Source: a virus (taxonomy: Duplodnaviria > Heunggongvirae > Uroviricota > Caudoviricetes). From it: a stretch of DNA of 16,071 nucleotides. Within the stretch, counting starts at the first letter, position 1, and each line of letters begins with the position of its first letter. This document shows, piece by piece, positions 1-7,650 of the stretch. The notes beneath the pieces were generated by a model, which did not search any database, was not told the origin of the DNA, and saw nothing but the letters and a program-made list of their open reading frames with translations. Location: IMG/VR virus record IMGVR_UViG_2711768058_000013, positions 1 to 16,071 of that record; one strand, given 5' to 3'. The position numbers were made by a program, and so were the translations under genes.

Positions 1-1050
1 TCATGTCAGGCTCTCACGAATCTCCCTGACAGTCTGAGCAAAACGTTCTGATTCCAGTTCAACACCAGTTGCACGACGCCCGAGCGCCATAGCCGCCTTT
101 ATGGTTGAGCCAGAACCCATGAAGAAATCCGCCACCATGTCACCAGGACGACTGCTCGCGCTGATTATCTGCTGCAGCATTTCTGCCGGTTTTTCGCACG
201 GATGTTTCCCGGGATAGTACTGCACCGGTTTATGCGTCCACACATCCGTGTACGGCACCTGCGCCGTCACGCCAAAATACCGCCGCAGATGCTTATATTC
301 ACTCTGCAGTTCCGCATACTGCCGGTTCAGTGAAGTATACGTCTCCAGCAGCTGGTGGTGGGGCTTTTCCAGTTCACCCCGCTGATGCTTCTCTTCTGCC
401 ACCCGGGCAAACAGCGCCTGTAATTTCAGATAATCGCTTTCGTTCGGCAGCTGCCACTGACTGGCACTGAACCAGTGCGACACCATGTTTTTCTTTCCTG
501 TGGCTTCGGCAATCTGTTTTGCCGTTATACCCAGTTCGGCACGAGCATCCCTGAAATACGATATCAGCGGTGCCATTATGTGCTGTTTGAGTTCCCTTTC
601 TTTTTCCGCATAGACGTCACTTTTGCCGCGATATGGCCCCTGGTAATGTTCAGCAAACAGAACGCGCTCTGTAGCGGGGAAATATGCCCGCAGGCTTTCT
701 TTATTACACCCGTTCCATCGTCCGGACGGCTTCGCCCAGATGATATGGTTAAGCACGTTGAAACGTTCACGCATCATGATCTCGATATCAGATGCGAGGC
801 GATGTCCACAGAACAGGTAAAGGCTTCCGGCAGGTTTCAGTACCCGCCAGAACTGGGCCAGACAGAGGTCCAGCCACTTCAGGTAATCTTCGTCCCCTTT
901 CCACTGATTGTCCCAACCGTTGGGCTTCACTTTGAAGTACGGCGGATCGGTAACTATCAGGTCAATGGAATCATCAGGCAGGGACTGAATAAAATGCAGG
1001 CAATCAGCGTTGATTAAATCAACACTGTTTATTTTTACAGTATTTTTCAT
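1..1050 (-). CDS. Orphan DNA N6-adenine/N4-cytosine methyltransferase (beta-class amino-methyltransferase)
   Basis: 349-aa ORF with stop at 1-3 and ATG at 1048-1050. Motif IV (IVTDPPYF) near the N-terminus and the AdoMet-binding motif I (DFFMGSGST) near the C-terminus, the beta-class order. No adjacent restriction endonuclease is recognisable. Position matches the yfdM-like methylase of CPS-53-type prophages (recollection). Confidence 0.85.
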   Translation of the reverse strand: MKNTVKINSVDLINADCLHFIQSLPDDSIDLIVTDPPYFKVKPNGWDNQWKGDEDYLKWLDLCLAQFWRVLKPAGSLYLFCGHRLASDIEIMMRERFNVLNHIIWAKPSGRWNGCNKESLRAYFPATERVLFAEHYQGPYRGKSDVYAEKERELKQHIMAPLISYFRDARAELGITAKQIAEATGKKNMVSHWFSASQWQLPNESDYLKLQALFARVAEEKHQRGELEKPHHQLLETYTSLNRQYAELQSEYKHLRRYFGVTAQVPYTDVWTHKPVQYYPGKHPCEKPAEMLQQIISASSRPGDMVADFFMGSGSTIKAAMALGRRATGVELESERFAQTVREIRESLT

Positions 1051-1200
1051 GGATCAGTAAGCGTAACTCTGGTAGGCTCACTCTGCTTTTGCGCTAAAGC
1101 AGTGGGCCGTGGTTCGCTTGTGACCAGTAAGCATGAGCGAATGGCTGGCAGGTGCTACCAACACCCACCAGCCGCCCATTTTCACAGCAGGAAACCGCCA

Positions 1201-1404
1201 TTACTGGCAGCGTCTGAATTTATTCCCGTACCCGCCGTTATCCTTCGCCAGACCCGCCAGAACTAACTGAGTCAGTATTAACTGGCACCGGGCTTCGCTT
1301 ACTCCGGTAGTTCTCGTCATCATGCATGGCGTTACCCACTTGTCAGCAGGTAAGAAATGAAGGACTGCGGCGGCGGTTTCTGTCATATCTTGCTGTTTTA
1401 GCAT
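1201..1404 (-). CDS. Hypothetical small prophage protein, possibly winged-helix-like
   Basis: 75-codon ORF in the track (1201..1428). The internal ATG at 1402-1404 is preceded by a GAAGGG Shine-Dalgarno-like sequence about 9 nt upstream; the ATG at 1428 has none. No recognisable family. Confidence 0.4.
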   Translation of the reverse strand: MLKQQDMTETAAAVLHFLPADKWVTPCMMTRTTGVSEARCQLILTQLVLAGLAKDNGGYGNKFRRCQ

Positions 1405-1520
1405 GTCTTTTTCCCTTCTGGTTAACATGACATACCAATAACTCTTGTCTAAAAAGCCAGCAAGATAAAAAGTCAGTATTCACGACCACCAGCGTGTTTA
1501 CTGTACTGCACCAAGTTTAC

Positions 1521-1548
1521 AGGTACAAAAAACCGCTCAGCGGCTGGT
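1521..1548 (-). terminator. Putative intrinsic terminator on the minus strand (hairpin plus T6)
   Basis: Read on the minus strand: AGCCGC-TGA-GCGGTT stem-loop (4 GC pairs plus G.U and A-T) followed by TTTTTT (complement of the A-run at 1527-1532). Lies between cassette 1 and the late-strand small gene. Confidence 0.35.
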
Positions 1549-1663
1549 TTAAGTTGTGTGGCGAAGTAACCACTCTTAACACGATACAATAGTTTTTGCG
1601 TACGCGTTAGTGGTTATGTAAACTTTCTCCATATAAAAACAGCAAAGAAGCGGATATTTTGAA

Positions 1664-2233
1664 ATGGCTACACTGGACGCATTCAGTAGAGTAATAACTC
1701 ATCATACTATTACGATCGATACACAATACCGTACACAGAAAATTGATGATAGCATCAGATCGAACTGTGTTTGCCCGGTACCAACAATGCGTGAACTTGC
1801 TTCTAAAATAGTACGTTGTAAAGCAATGATGCACAGTTATGAAAAAGGAGACTTAGTTTTAACTTTGCAAGATGTAATCTTCTTATCAAACAGAGCCGAT
1901 AAAAAACCCAGCCATCTTGGTCTTTTAATTAATGCTGTAGATAAAAATGGAAGCACTACTGTGTTAAAAAACATTAATACAGATGTTCGTACCGAAATAT
2001 CACCAAAACATGAGGAAGGTGAAGGTTACGAAGTTTCTTCTCATATGATTATTTCTCTAGACGGAAATATGCGAACCTATGACATGAGTTTTATGCCAAT
2101 ACCAGGAGTTTCCACAGCAAAAATAAATGGTTTCCTGAATAAAGTTCTCTTTAACGTAGCCAAAGATAATGAAGATATCTTTTCATGTAACACTTTAACA
2201 AATGAAGTATCAAGTTTAACAAAGAAAAAATAA
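1664..2233 (+). CDS. Hypothetical protein, AT-rich cargo (cassette 1, ORF A)
   Basis: 189-aa ORF, low GC compared with flanking phage genes, ATG at 1664, on the strand opposite to the flanking phage operon. No recognisable domain. Ends in a Lys-rich tail encoded by an A6 tract. Confidence 0.5.
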   Translation: MATLDAFSRVITHHTITIDTQYRTQKIDDSIRSNCVCPVPTMRELASKIVRCKAMMHSYEKGDLVLTLQDVIFLSNRADKKPSHLGLLINAVDKNGSTTVLKNINTDVRTEISPKHEEGEGYEVSSHMIISLDGNMRTYDMSFMPIPGVSTAKINGFLNKVLFNVAKDNEDIFSCNTLTNEVSSLTKKK

Positions 2234-2283
2234 AAGTATTATACAAGCCAGTCTTTGATATATCTGGAAAGTTAGATGAAGAT

Positions 2284-2691
2284 TTGTTCAATAAAATAAA
2301 TAAAGAAGGACTTTCTGATGTCGTTTTGGTAAAGAATGAATACAGAACTATTAATGCGCCAGATGTTAACGCGGCTATTATTCCTAAAGAAAGTACTTTA
2401 CGCTTAGTACCAAACCATGGCCCCAACAATGTCCTTGGATGGATAAAATCTGTCTCAAACTTCTTTAAAGAAGATAAAAATGGAGGTTATGACTTAATAA
2501 AAATAAAATTCAAAGAGCCAGAGACAGGATTCACAAGACAAGTTGACCTTCAAACTTCAAATGTAAGGCTCGATGGGCTGGAAAAAACATTTATCAAAAA
2601 GAGTGTAATAAATGGTTTTTCTTCGCGCTTAAAGGATTCTTATGATAGTATTAACATGGAGTTTGTGAATAAGATTATCGAGGTCATGTGA
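2284..2691 (+). CDS. Hypothetical protein (cassette 1, ORF B), possibly the frameshifted C-terminal part of ORF A
   Basis: 135-aa ORF with no ATG start (first start codon is TTG at 2284 with a weak RBS). Its frame is open back to 2206, overlapping the last 28 nt of ORF A. The stop at 2689-2691 is followed by GAGG and the ATG of ORF C. Confidence 0.45.
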   Translation: MFNKINKEGLSDVVLVKNEYRTINAPDVNAAIIPKESTLRLVPNHGPNNVLGWIKSVSNFFKEDKNGGYDLIKIKFKEPETGFTRQVDLQTSNVRLDGLEKTFIKKSVINGFSSRLKDSYDSINMEFVNKIIEVM

Positions 2692-2698
2692 GGCTAAT

Positions 2699-3274
2699 AT
2701 GATTAGTATATTTTCACATTTATTTAGACCGTTTGGTTACCTTTTTATTAAGGGAATTAGTGGTAAGTGCGCATACGATTTTTATGCACCTGCAGGGCTT
2801 GCTGTGATTTCTTTTTTTTACTTTTATTTATTTAAAATACCCACATCAGACCTACTAAAAGATGGCGGCTTTATTAAGTCTATATCTGGATTTGTATCAA
2901 ATCTGCCAGGTTTTTATATAGCAGCTCTTGCAGCAATAGCCACTTTCAACAGAGAACAAATTGACTACCCTCTGATAGGAACTAATGGCACGCCTTTTAT
3001 TAAAATTACACGAACAAAAGAAAATGGTAGAATTGTTGACACTCAAGAGAAACTTACCAGAAGATTATTTCTGTGCATGTTATTTTCATTTTTAACTGCC
3101 CTCAGCATATGCATAGTGATTTTCAACGCTTTTATCACACCACTAATAAACATACTGAATAATGATATAGCAAACTGGTGCTATATCATTATCTTTTTAT
3201 TCCTTACATGGCAAATGCTTGTTTCAACATTTTTTGGACTATACTATCTTGGTGATAGGATTCACATTAATTAA
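2699..3274 (+). CDS. Integral membrane protein, about four predicted TM helices (cassette 1, ORF C)
   Basis: 191-aa ORF with GAGG RBS 6-7 nt upstream of ATG 2699. Four long hydrophobic stretches (AGLAVISFFYFYLF; FYIAALAAIATF; LFLCMLFSFLTALSICIVIF; WCYIIIFLFLTWQMLVSTFFGLYYL). Its 3' end overlaps the convergent Q gene by 8 bp. Confidence 0.6.
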   Translation: MISIFSHLFRPFGYLFIKGISGKCAYDFYAPAGLAVISFFYFYLFKIPTSDLLKDGGFIKSISGFVSNLPGFYIAALAAIATFNREQIDYPLIGTNGTPFIKITRTKENGRIVDTQEKLTRRLFLCMLFSFLTALSICIVIFNAFITPLINILNNDIANWCYIIIFLFLTWQMLVSTFFGLYYLGDRIHIN

Positions 3275-3644
3275 CTACCATAATGGGGTTTATAGTTATT
3301 ATTACACCGCTGATAAACCCCATGGCAGTCTGCAATTCCTTCCTAATTGTGCCATCTGAACATCTTCTCTTCTTGGCAATAGTGCGTAATGAGATACCAA
3401 TAACAAAGTGAGCTATGATCAGCTCATATTCCTCTGGTTTATACTTTCGCAACCGAGCCACACAACCGTCTATCATGATGCCTTCATCATCATCACACTG
3501 GAGACGTGACTTTTTACCGTGTGGTAAAAGTCCCTTGAAACCAGCCGCTATCGGCTGCCAGTCCACACCACTATTTTCTGCTGCAGCCCATGCTCCCCAG
3601 CGGTCCAATACTTCATACATATCACGCATCAGCTTTCTCCACAA
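3267..3644 (-). CDS. Late-gene antitermination protein Q (QuuD-like short Q family)
   Basis: 125-aa ORF. The N-terminal WGAWAA motif, the Cys-containing middle and the C-terminal HTH-like segment resemble, as I recall it, the short Q antiterminators of E. coli prophages (DLP12 QuuD type). Last gene of the coupled minus-strand operon. Confidence 0.75.
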   Translation of the reverse strand: MWRKLMRDMYEVLDRWGAWAAAENSGVDWQPIAAGFKGLLPHGKKSRLQCDDDEGIMIDGCVARLRKYKPEEYELIIAHFVIGISLRTIAKKRRCSDGTIRKELQTAMGFISGVIITINPIMVVN

Positions 3645-3646
3645 AA

Positions 3647-4642
3647 TCAGGCCAGCACGCCAATTGCCAGCGCACGATCGATAAAACGAAATATCAGCTC
3701 CAGCTGGGAGCCATACTTCTCTTCAAATGCCACGGTATCCGCATGCAGCTCGTCGTGATGCTTTCTGCACAAAGGCAACACAAAAAGGTCATGCGCTTTT
3801 GTTCCCATTCCACCCTGACCGTGACCTATCAGGTGGTGGGGATCATCAGCGGGCTTTCCACAACATGCACACGGCTGTGTCTTAACCCAGCGCGTGTACT
3901 TTTCATTAACCCAGCGGCGACGTTTTGGGCGTAACATAAAAGACTCCGGCGACTCCGGATCCACTTTCAGCGCCAGCACCTTTTTCGCTTTATTCTGGAT
4001 GATGCTGGTGGCCGGAACCGAAGGAACAAGGTCACTCTCCCGGGTGACAGACGGCACAACAGGCTTCGGTAATCTCAGTGCCTTACGGGCTGCACTTTCA
4101 GGTAAGGCATCCGCCAGATCATTACGAACCAGCCACCAGCACAGTTCCGGCATTGTCACAACGTGACTGTCATCAAAACCGAGATCCCGACGCACGACAG
4201 ACAACACCCAGCGGGCACAGTTATCCGTTGCCATTGATTCCAGCCGTTCCGTGAACTGATCGCGCAGCTGGTTATCGCAGTGCCAGCACAGACGGATTGC
4301 GCCCGGCGCGTGACGCATTGTGGTCATGTTCTCGCTGTGCCAGTCGGAATGAGGCCACTGGCAGCCTTTTTCACGAAGTAACCAGCTTTCAAGACATTCC
4401 ACGCCACCAGCACGACGGATCACTGCCTCATTGCGGAACACGGCCCGAACGGCAGGATCATCCGCCAGCGGTTGTGATGCCGCCGGAACAGCACCACTGG
4501 CGAAAGATGAATAACGTTCCGGCTCAGGCTCCAGCAGGACACGCCCCTGCATAAACAGGGGCATCAGCTCTGAACCTGGTCTGAACAATACGATCCCCAT
4601 ACGCGGGGCAATTTCAGGGGTCAGTAGTGCTCTCACGGTCAC
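3647..4642 (-). CDS. DUF968-like prophage protein (YdfU family) with C-terminal Cys/His cluster
   Basis: 331-aa ORF with C-terminal CACCGKP...HHLIGHG...H...LCRKHHDELH metal-binding-like cluster. Sits between the KilA-N gene and Q as in Nin-region equivalents. Family name is from memory. Confidence 0.55.
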   Translation of the reverse strand: MTVRALLTPEIAPRMGIVLFRPGSELMPLFMQGRVLLEPEPERYSSFASGAVPAASQPLADDPAVRAVFRNEAVIRRAGGVECLESWLLREKGCQWPHSDWHSENMTTMRHAPGAIRLCWHCDNQLRDQFTERLESMATDNCARWVLSVVRRDLGFDDSHVVTMPELCWWLVRNDLADALPESAARKALRLPKPVVPSVTRESDLVPSVPATSIIQNKAKKVLALKVDPESPESFMLRPKRRRWVNEKYTRWVKTQPCACCGKPADDPHHLIGHGQGGMGTKAHDLFVLPLCRKHHDELHADTVAFEEKYGSQLELIFRFIDRALAIGVLA

Positions 4643-4643
4643 C

Positions 4644-5486
4644 TCAATGAACGGTATCGAGCAGCTTTAACAGCTCAGGGAATCGGGATTCGAAGAAATG
4701 CGGCTGCGTCTCGCGCGGATTTGCGGGACTGGTGATGTTCTTGCCAAACATGCAACCTTTCGCTGTCAGCGACCAGAATTTTTTGATGTTGTTAATCGCG
4801 GTACGGCTGTATCGTTCGCGTTGTTCAACGATCCCCAGCTTCGCCATCTGGTGATATGCCTGATTAGCCGTCAGGCGGATACCATACTGTTTCAGCAGTG
4901 CACTCAGTGACAGTGTAGGACGACTTGAGCCATCGTGTGCATCAGCAGGAGCATCAATGGCATAGCGCGGTGCCAGATTCGGTAAGCCAACAGCCTCCTG
5001 AAGTTTCTGACAGGCACCAAGCACTGATGAGTTAGACAGATTTAACTCCCGGCGCATAAAGTCCAGCAGAATCACGCCAGCCTGCATCTTGTCAGCAGCC
5101 TGCCAGGATAATTTTTCCGGTGCGCTGGTTACCATGTCGAAAGTGCGGATCACCTTCAGATGGAATGACGGGCTGATCCACATTGCATAGGCATACACCA
5201 GGTCCTTACAGACATATGTTCCGCCATTCCGCCCTTCTATTTTACTGACAGGTTTACTACCCAAATTTTGGGTAGTTTCATTGAATGAACCGACACCCAG
5301 ATTTTGGGTATCGATCAATTCCTGAACCAGCTCAGTAATCTGTTGGCTGGAAAGAAACTTTCCCGGCTCCTTGGTTCTGGCATTTGCACCAGATGCTACT
5401 GCTGCGCGATGCAGATCGTTCAGGCTGTAACGCCCATAAGCATCACGACGAACTTCAATACCATCAATGACCATCAGATTATTCAT
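4644..5486 (-). CDS. KilA-N domain-containing protein
   Basis: 280-aa ORF. N-terminal region (SLNDLHRAA..., GGTYVCKDLVYAYAMWISPSFHLKVIR) resembles the KilA-N DNA-binding domain. Tightly packed with neighbouring genes. Confidence 0.6.
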   Translation of the reverse strand: MNNLMVIDGIEVRRDAYGRYSLNDLHRAAVASGANARTKEPGKFLSSQQITELVQELIDTQNLGVGSFNETTQNLGSKPVSKIEGRNGGTYVCKDLVYAYAMWISPSFHLKVIRTFDMVTSAPEKLSWQAADKMQAGVILLDFMRRELNLSNSSVLGACQKLQEAVGLPNLAPRYAIDAPADAHDGSSRPTLSLSALLKQYGIRLTANQAYHQMAKLGIVEQRERYSRTAINNIKKFWSLTAKGCMFGKNITSPANPRETQPHFFESRFPELLKLLDTVH

Positions 5487-5505
5487 ACTTCGTTTCTCCT
5501 CTTAA

Positions 5506-5895
5506 TCAGGCGGCTGCACCCGCCGTTTTCTCGTACTTACTGATAGTGATCTCGACCTTCCCTTCCGGGATAACCGGTCCCCACTCCACCAGCATTCTTT
5601 TCACCTGACTGTCGTCTTCCCACACCCCCGCGTGGGTCAGGGCGTCAAACAGCGCCTTGTTATAGTTGTCCAGATCGCGGATCCGGTTATCCGGAGGAAA
5701 CAACACGATCTCCACTGAAGCAGGTGCCGACGTTGGTTTTGGCAGACGACGTAACTGCTCAACTATTGCTGCACACGCCGCGCTCTGGAATTTTCGCCCC
5801 GCCGCGCTTATCAGGCTCTTACCAGCAAACGCCCCTTTGTTGGGGTGTCGCCAGTACGTGTTCACGCTGGGCGGAAAAGGCAGGATCAGCTTCAT
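5506..5895 (-). CDS. rusA: Holliday junction resolvase RusA
   Basis: 129-aa ORF with the RusA-type motif RIRDLDNYNKALFDALTHAGVWEDDSQV (catalytic Asp cluster). Start ATG overlaps the stop of the upstream gene (ATGA). Confidence 0.8.
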   Translation of the reverse strand: MKLILPFPPSVNTYWRHPNKGAFAGKSLISAAGRKFQSAACAAIVEQLRRLPKPTSAPASVEIVLFPPDNRIRDLDNYNKALFDALTHAGVWEDDSQVKRMLVEWGPVIPEGKVEITISKYEKTAGAAA

Positions 5896-6218
5896 ACTTT
5901 CAGGCCCCTCTCATGTAACCAGTGGACTGCACGCAGTCTGGCGTTTTCCTCACCGGCAAGCAGTGCGCGGATAATCCCGGCTGCCTCACTGTCGTCATCC
6001 TTCACTGTGGTATGAAGCGTGATACCCCGGGCCACGCCACGCTTTATCGTGATGACGCCTTTTTTCTCCAGTGCGCGAAGATGCTCCACCGCTGCATTCA
6101 CCGAACGGTATCCCAGCATGGTTGCCACCTCCTGATTGGTTGGCGGGAAACCACGTTCTTTCTGATAAGAAATCAGCATATCCAGCACCTGCTGCTGGCA
6201 TTGAGTTAACGTCGTCAT
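5892..6218 (-). CDS. LexA-type DNA-binding domain protein, no S24 peptidase domain
   Basis: 108 aa from ATG 6216-6218, which overlaps the TAA of the upstream gene (TAATG). LTQCQQQVLDMLISYQKERGFPPTNQEVATMLGYRSVNAAVEHLRALEKKGVITI matches the LexA N-terminal winged-helix pattern. The track ORF extends to 6251 without an ATG. Confidence 0.6.
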   Translation of the reverse strand: MTTLTQCQQQVLDMLISYQKERGFPPTNQEVATMLGYRSVNAAVEHLRALEKKGVITIKRGVARGITLHTTVKDDDSEAAGIIRALLAGEENARLRAVHWLHERGLKV

Positions 6219-6712
6219 TAAGCCCCCACGTAATTCCCTGACAGATACCACTCTTCACCCGATGCAGCACGCTTGCTGCTTTTCCGTAAGCACTGCTCAC
6301 GACGAGCCAGAAAATTGTTTCGTTCTGGCTGGGAGTGGCTTTCTCGGAATGCCGCCATCCACACCGTTGCAGCACGACGGTATAAGCCCCTGGACTCCAG
6401 TTCTTCAGCCTGGCGGGTCAGGCACAAAATCACCCGTGGATCGTTAGTGCCGACATAGAAATTGCGCACAGATCTGGTTTCACGAACTGGTTGTGGCTCC
6501 GGCCCCTGCGCTCTCTCAGTCAGGCGCGGGAAATGTCTGCGTGTATCTCCTTCACAACGGTGAGCCACACTCCCACTCTGACGTAACTTGCTTGCTGACT
6601 GCAGAACGCGCTGCCGTGAGTAATCTGCAAAAGCATCCGCAATGTCTCCGGAAGTACAGCCCGGATGGGCTTCAATGAATTTCTGAACTTCATTCAAAAG
6701 ACTCATGCTCAC
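6218..6712 (-). CDS. yfdN: PerC-family transcriptional regulator (yfdN-like)
   Basis: 164-aa ORF. AEELESRGLYRRAATVWMAAF...RREQCLRK resembles the PerC/Pch signature (AExLExxGLWRRAAxRW). 164 aa equals the length I recall for K-12 YfdN. Start overlaps the stop of the O-like gene. Confidence 0.5.
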   Translation of the reverse strand: MSMSLLNEVQKFIEAHPGCTSGDIADAFADYSRQRVLQSASKLRQSGSVAHRCEGDTRRHFPRLTERAQGPEPQPVRETRSVRNFYVGTNDPRVILCLTRQAEELESRGLYRRAATVWMAAFRESHSQPERNNFLARREQCLRKSSKRAASGEEWYLSGNYVGA

Positions 6713-7650
6713 CCCCTGAATCCTGCCGGGATCTGGCTGTAGTCCACATTGTCGTAACTGGCTTTGAAGTACGGGTCTTCGCGTTTTTCTGTGTACGTGC
6801 TGACGGACGGCGATAAGCGCAGGGAAAGCTCATCCCATTTTTCCCGCAGCTTCGACGGGCTGAGCACGTTACGGCACCAGAACGGATCGCGGCTGACGCG
6901 GCTGTACATCTCGCAGATTTGTTTGTGAGTACGACCATCCTGCACACACATCAGGCGAATTTCGTTTGCCCAGGCTGTCCAGTTCGGTTCTTTGGGACGA
7001 ACCACCTCGCCGTCACATTCGGCGGCCTGCTCGTACAGGGCGATGATTCTTTTCCAGAGCCACTGTGCGCAGGTCAAATCATCCTGCGTTCCCCACTGGC
7101 GCTTTTTAGGGCTGAATACAACCGCATCAGGATGGCGAGTTAAAAACTCCTGTTCAGCCGTCTGCGTGTCCGGTTGCGAAGCGTCCGGACGAGAAGTTTT
7201 TTTATCTGACGGATCATGTTTTGATTTTACTGACGGATCCCCGCCAGATTCTGACGGGTGAAAACCCGCTTTTTTGCCAGATTTCGACGCATCAAATTTT
7301 GACGGGTCAGATTTTGATGTGTCAGATTTTGACGGGTCATAATCTGACAGTTGAGAAAATGCCGCTGCCTGAAGCTTCGCAACGTTAAGCTGATAAACAT
7401 TCGACGCATTGCGGTTACCCTGGCGACGCGCCTTACGCGTTAACCAGCCTTCTGCTTCCAGCCGTGCGATAGCCGTTCTGACGGTACTCATCCCCGCGCC
7501 AATCTGACGGGCAATAGTTTCAATTGATGGCCAGCACACACCTTCGTCATTACTGAAATCAGCCAGGCGGGCCATAATTGCCACGCTGGATAATTTCATG
7601 CCTGATGCAGCGCAACCATCCCATACATAGCCGGTTAATTTAGTGCTCAT
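6709..7650 (-). CDS. Phage replication initiator, O-like (yfdO-like), with internal origin iterons
   Basis: 313-aa ORF with N-terminal winged-helix (SSVAIMARLADFSNDEGVCWPSIETIARQIGAGMSTVRTAIARLEAEGWL), a central low-complexity K/S/D/P-rich linker encoded by DNA iterons, and a C-terminal domain. Analogous to lambda O, where ori lies inside the gene. Confidence 0.7.
   Translation of the reverse strand: MSTKLTGYVWDGCAASGMKLSSVAIMARLADFSNDEGVCWPSIETIARQIGAGMSTVRTAIARLEAEGWLTRKARRQGNRNASNVYQLNVAKLQAAAFSQLSDYDPSKSDTSKSDPSKFDASKSGKKAGFHPSESGGDPSVKSKHDPSDKKTSRPDASQPDTQTAEQEFLTRHPDAVVFSPKKRQWGTQDDLTCAQWLWKRIIALYEQAAECDGEVVRPKEPNWTAWANEIRLMCVQDGRTHKQICEMYSRVSRDPFWCRNVLSPSKLREKWDELSLRLSPSVSTYTEKREDPYFKASYDNVDYSQIPAGFRG
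7204..7352. repeat. Iteron array, about 8 direct repeats of a 15-bp unit (consensus near GATTTTGACGGGTCA); putative prophage origin
   Basis: Copies include atctgacggatca, ttttactgacggatcc, agattctgacgggtg, agatttcgacgcatca, aattttgacgggtcag, attttgatgtgtcag, attttgacgggtcat, aatctgacagttg. Located inside the O-like coding sequence. Confidence 0.65.

Noticed and set aside
475-1017. Plus-strand ORFs of 180 aa and 64 aa inside the methyltransferase gene
   Set aside because: Entirely antisense to a well-supported gene with clear methyltransferase motifs; no RBS and low-complexity translation.
1501-1524. CTGT...ACAG palindrome-like element considered as a LexA/SOS box
   Set aside because: Spacing is CTGT-N14-ACAG, not the CTGT-N8-ACAG of the E. 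coli SOS box; no canonical SOS box was found in the OR region either.
1-3274. Possibility that cassette 1 is the restriction partner of the methyltransferase (a type II R-M system)
   Set aside because: The genes are separated by another gene and transcribed convergently, and none of the cassette proteins shows a recognisable nuclease motif; only a profile or structure search could revive the idea.
3415-4554. Several plus-strand ORFs (85-114 aa) antisense to the Q and DUF968-like genes
   Set aside because: They overlap strongly supported, translationally coupled minus-strand genes; the translations are Ser/Arg/Ala-rich, typical of antisense frames of GC-rich coding sequence.
7204-7352. Direct repeats considered as a possible CRISPR array
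   Set aside because: Units are about 15 bp, contiguous without spacers, and lie inside a coding sequence; they fit origin iterons.
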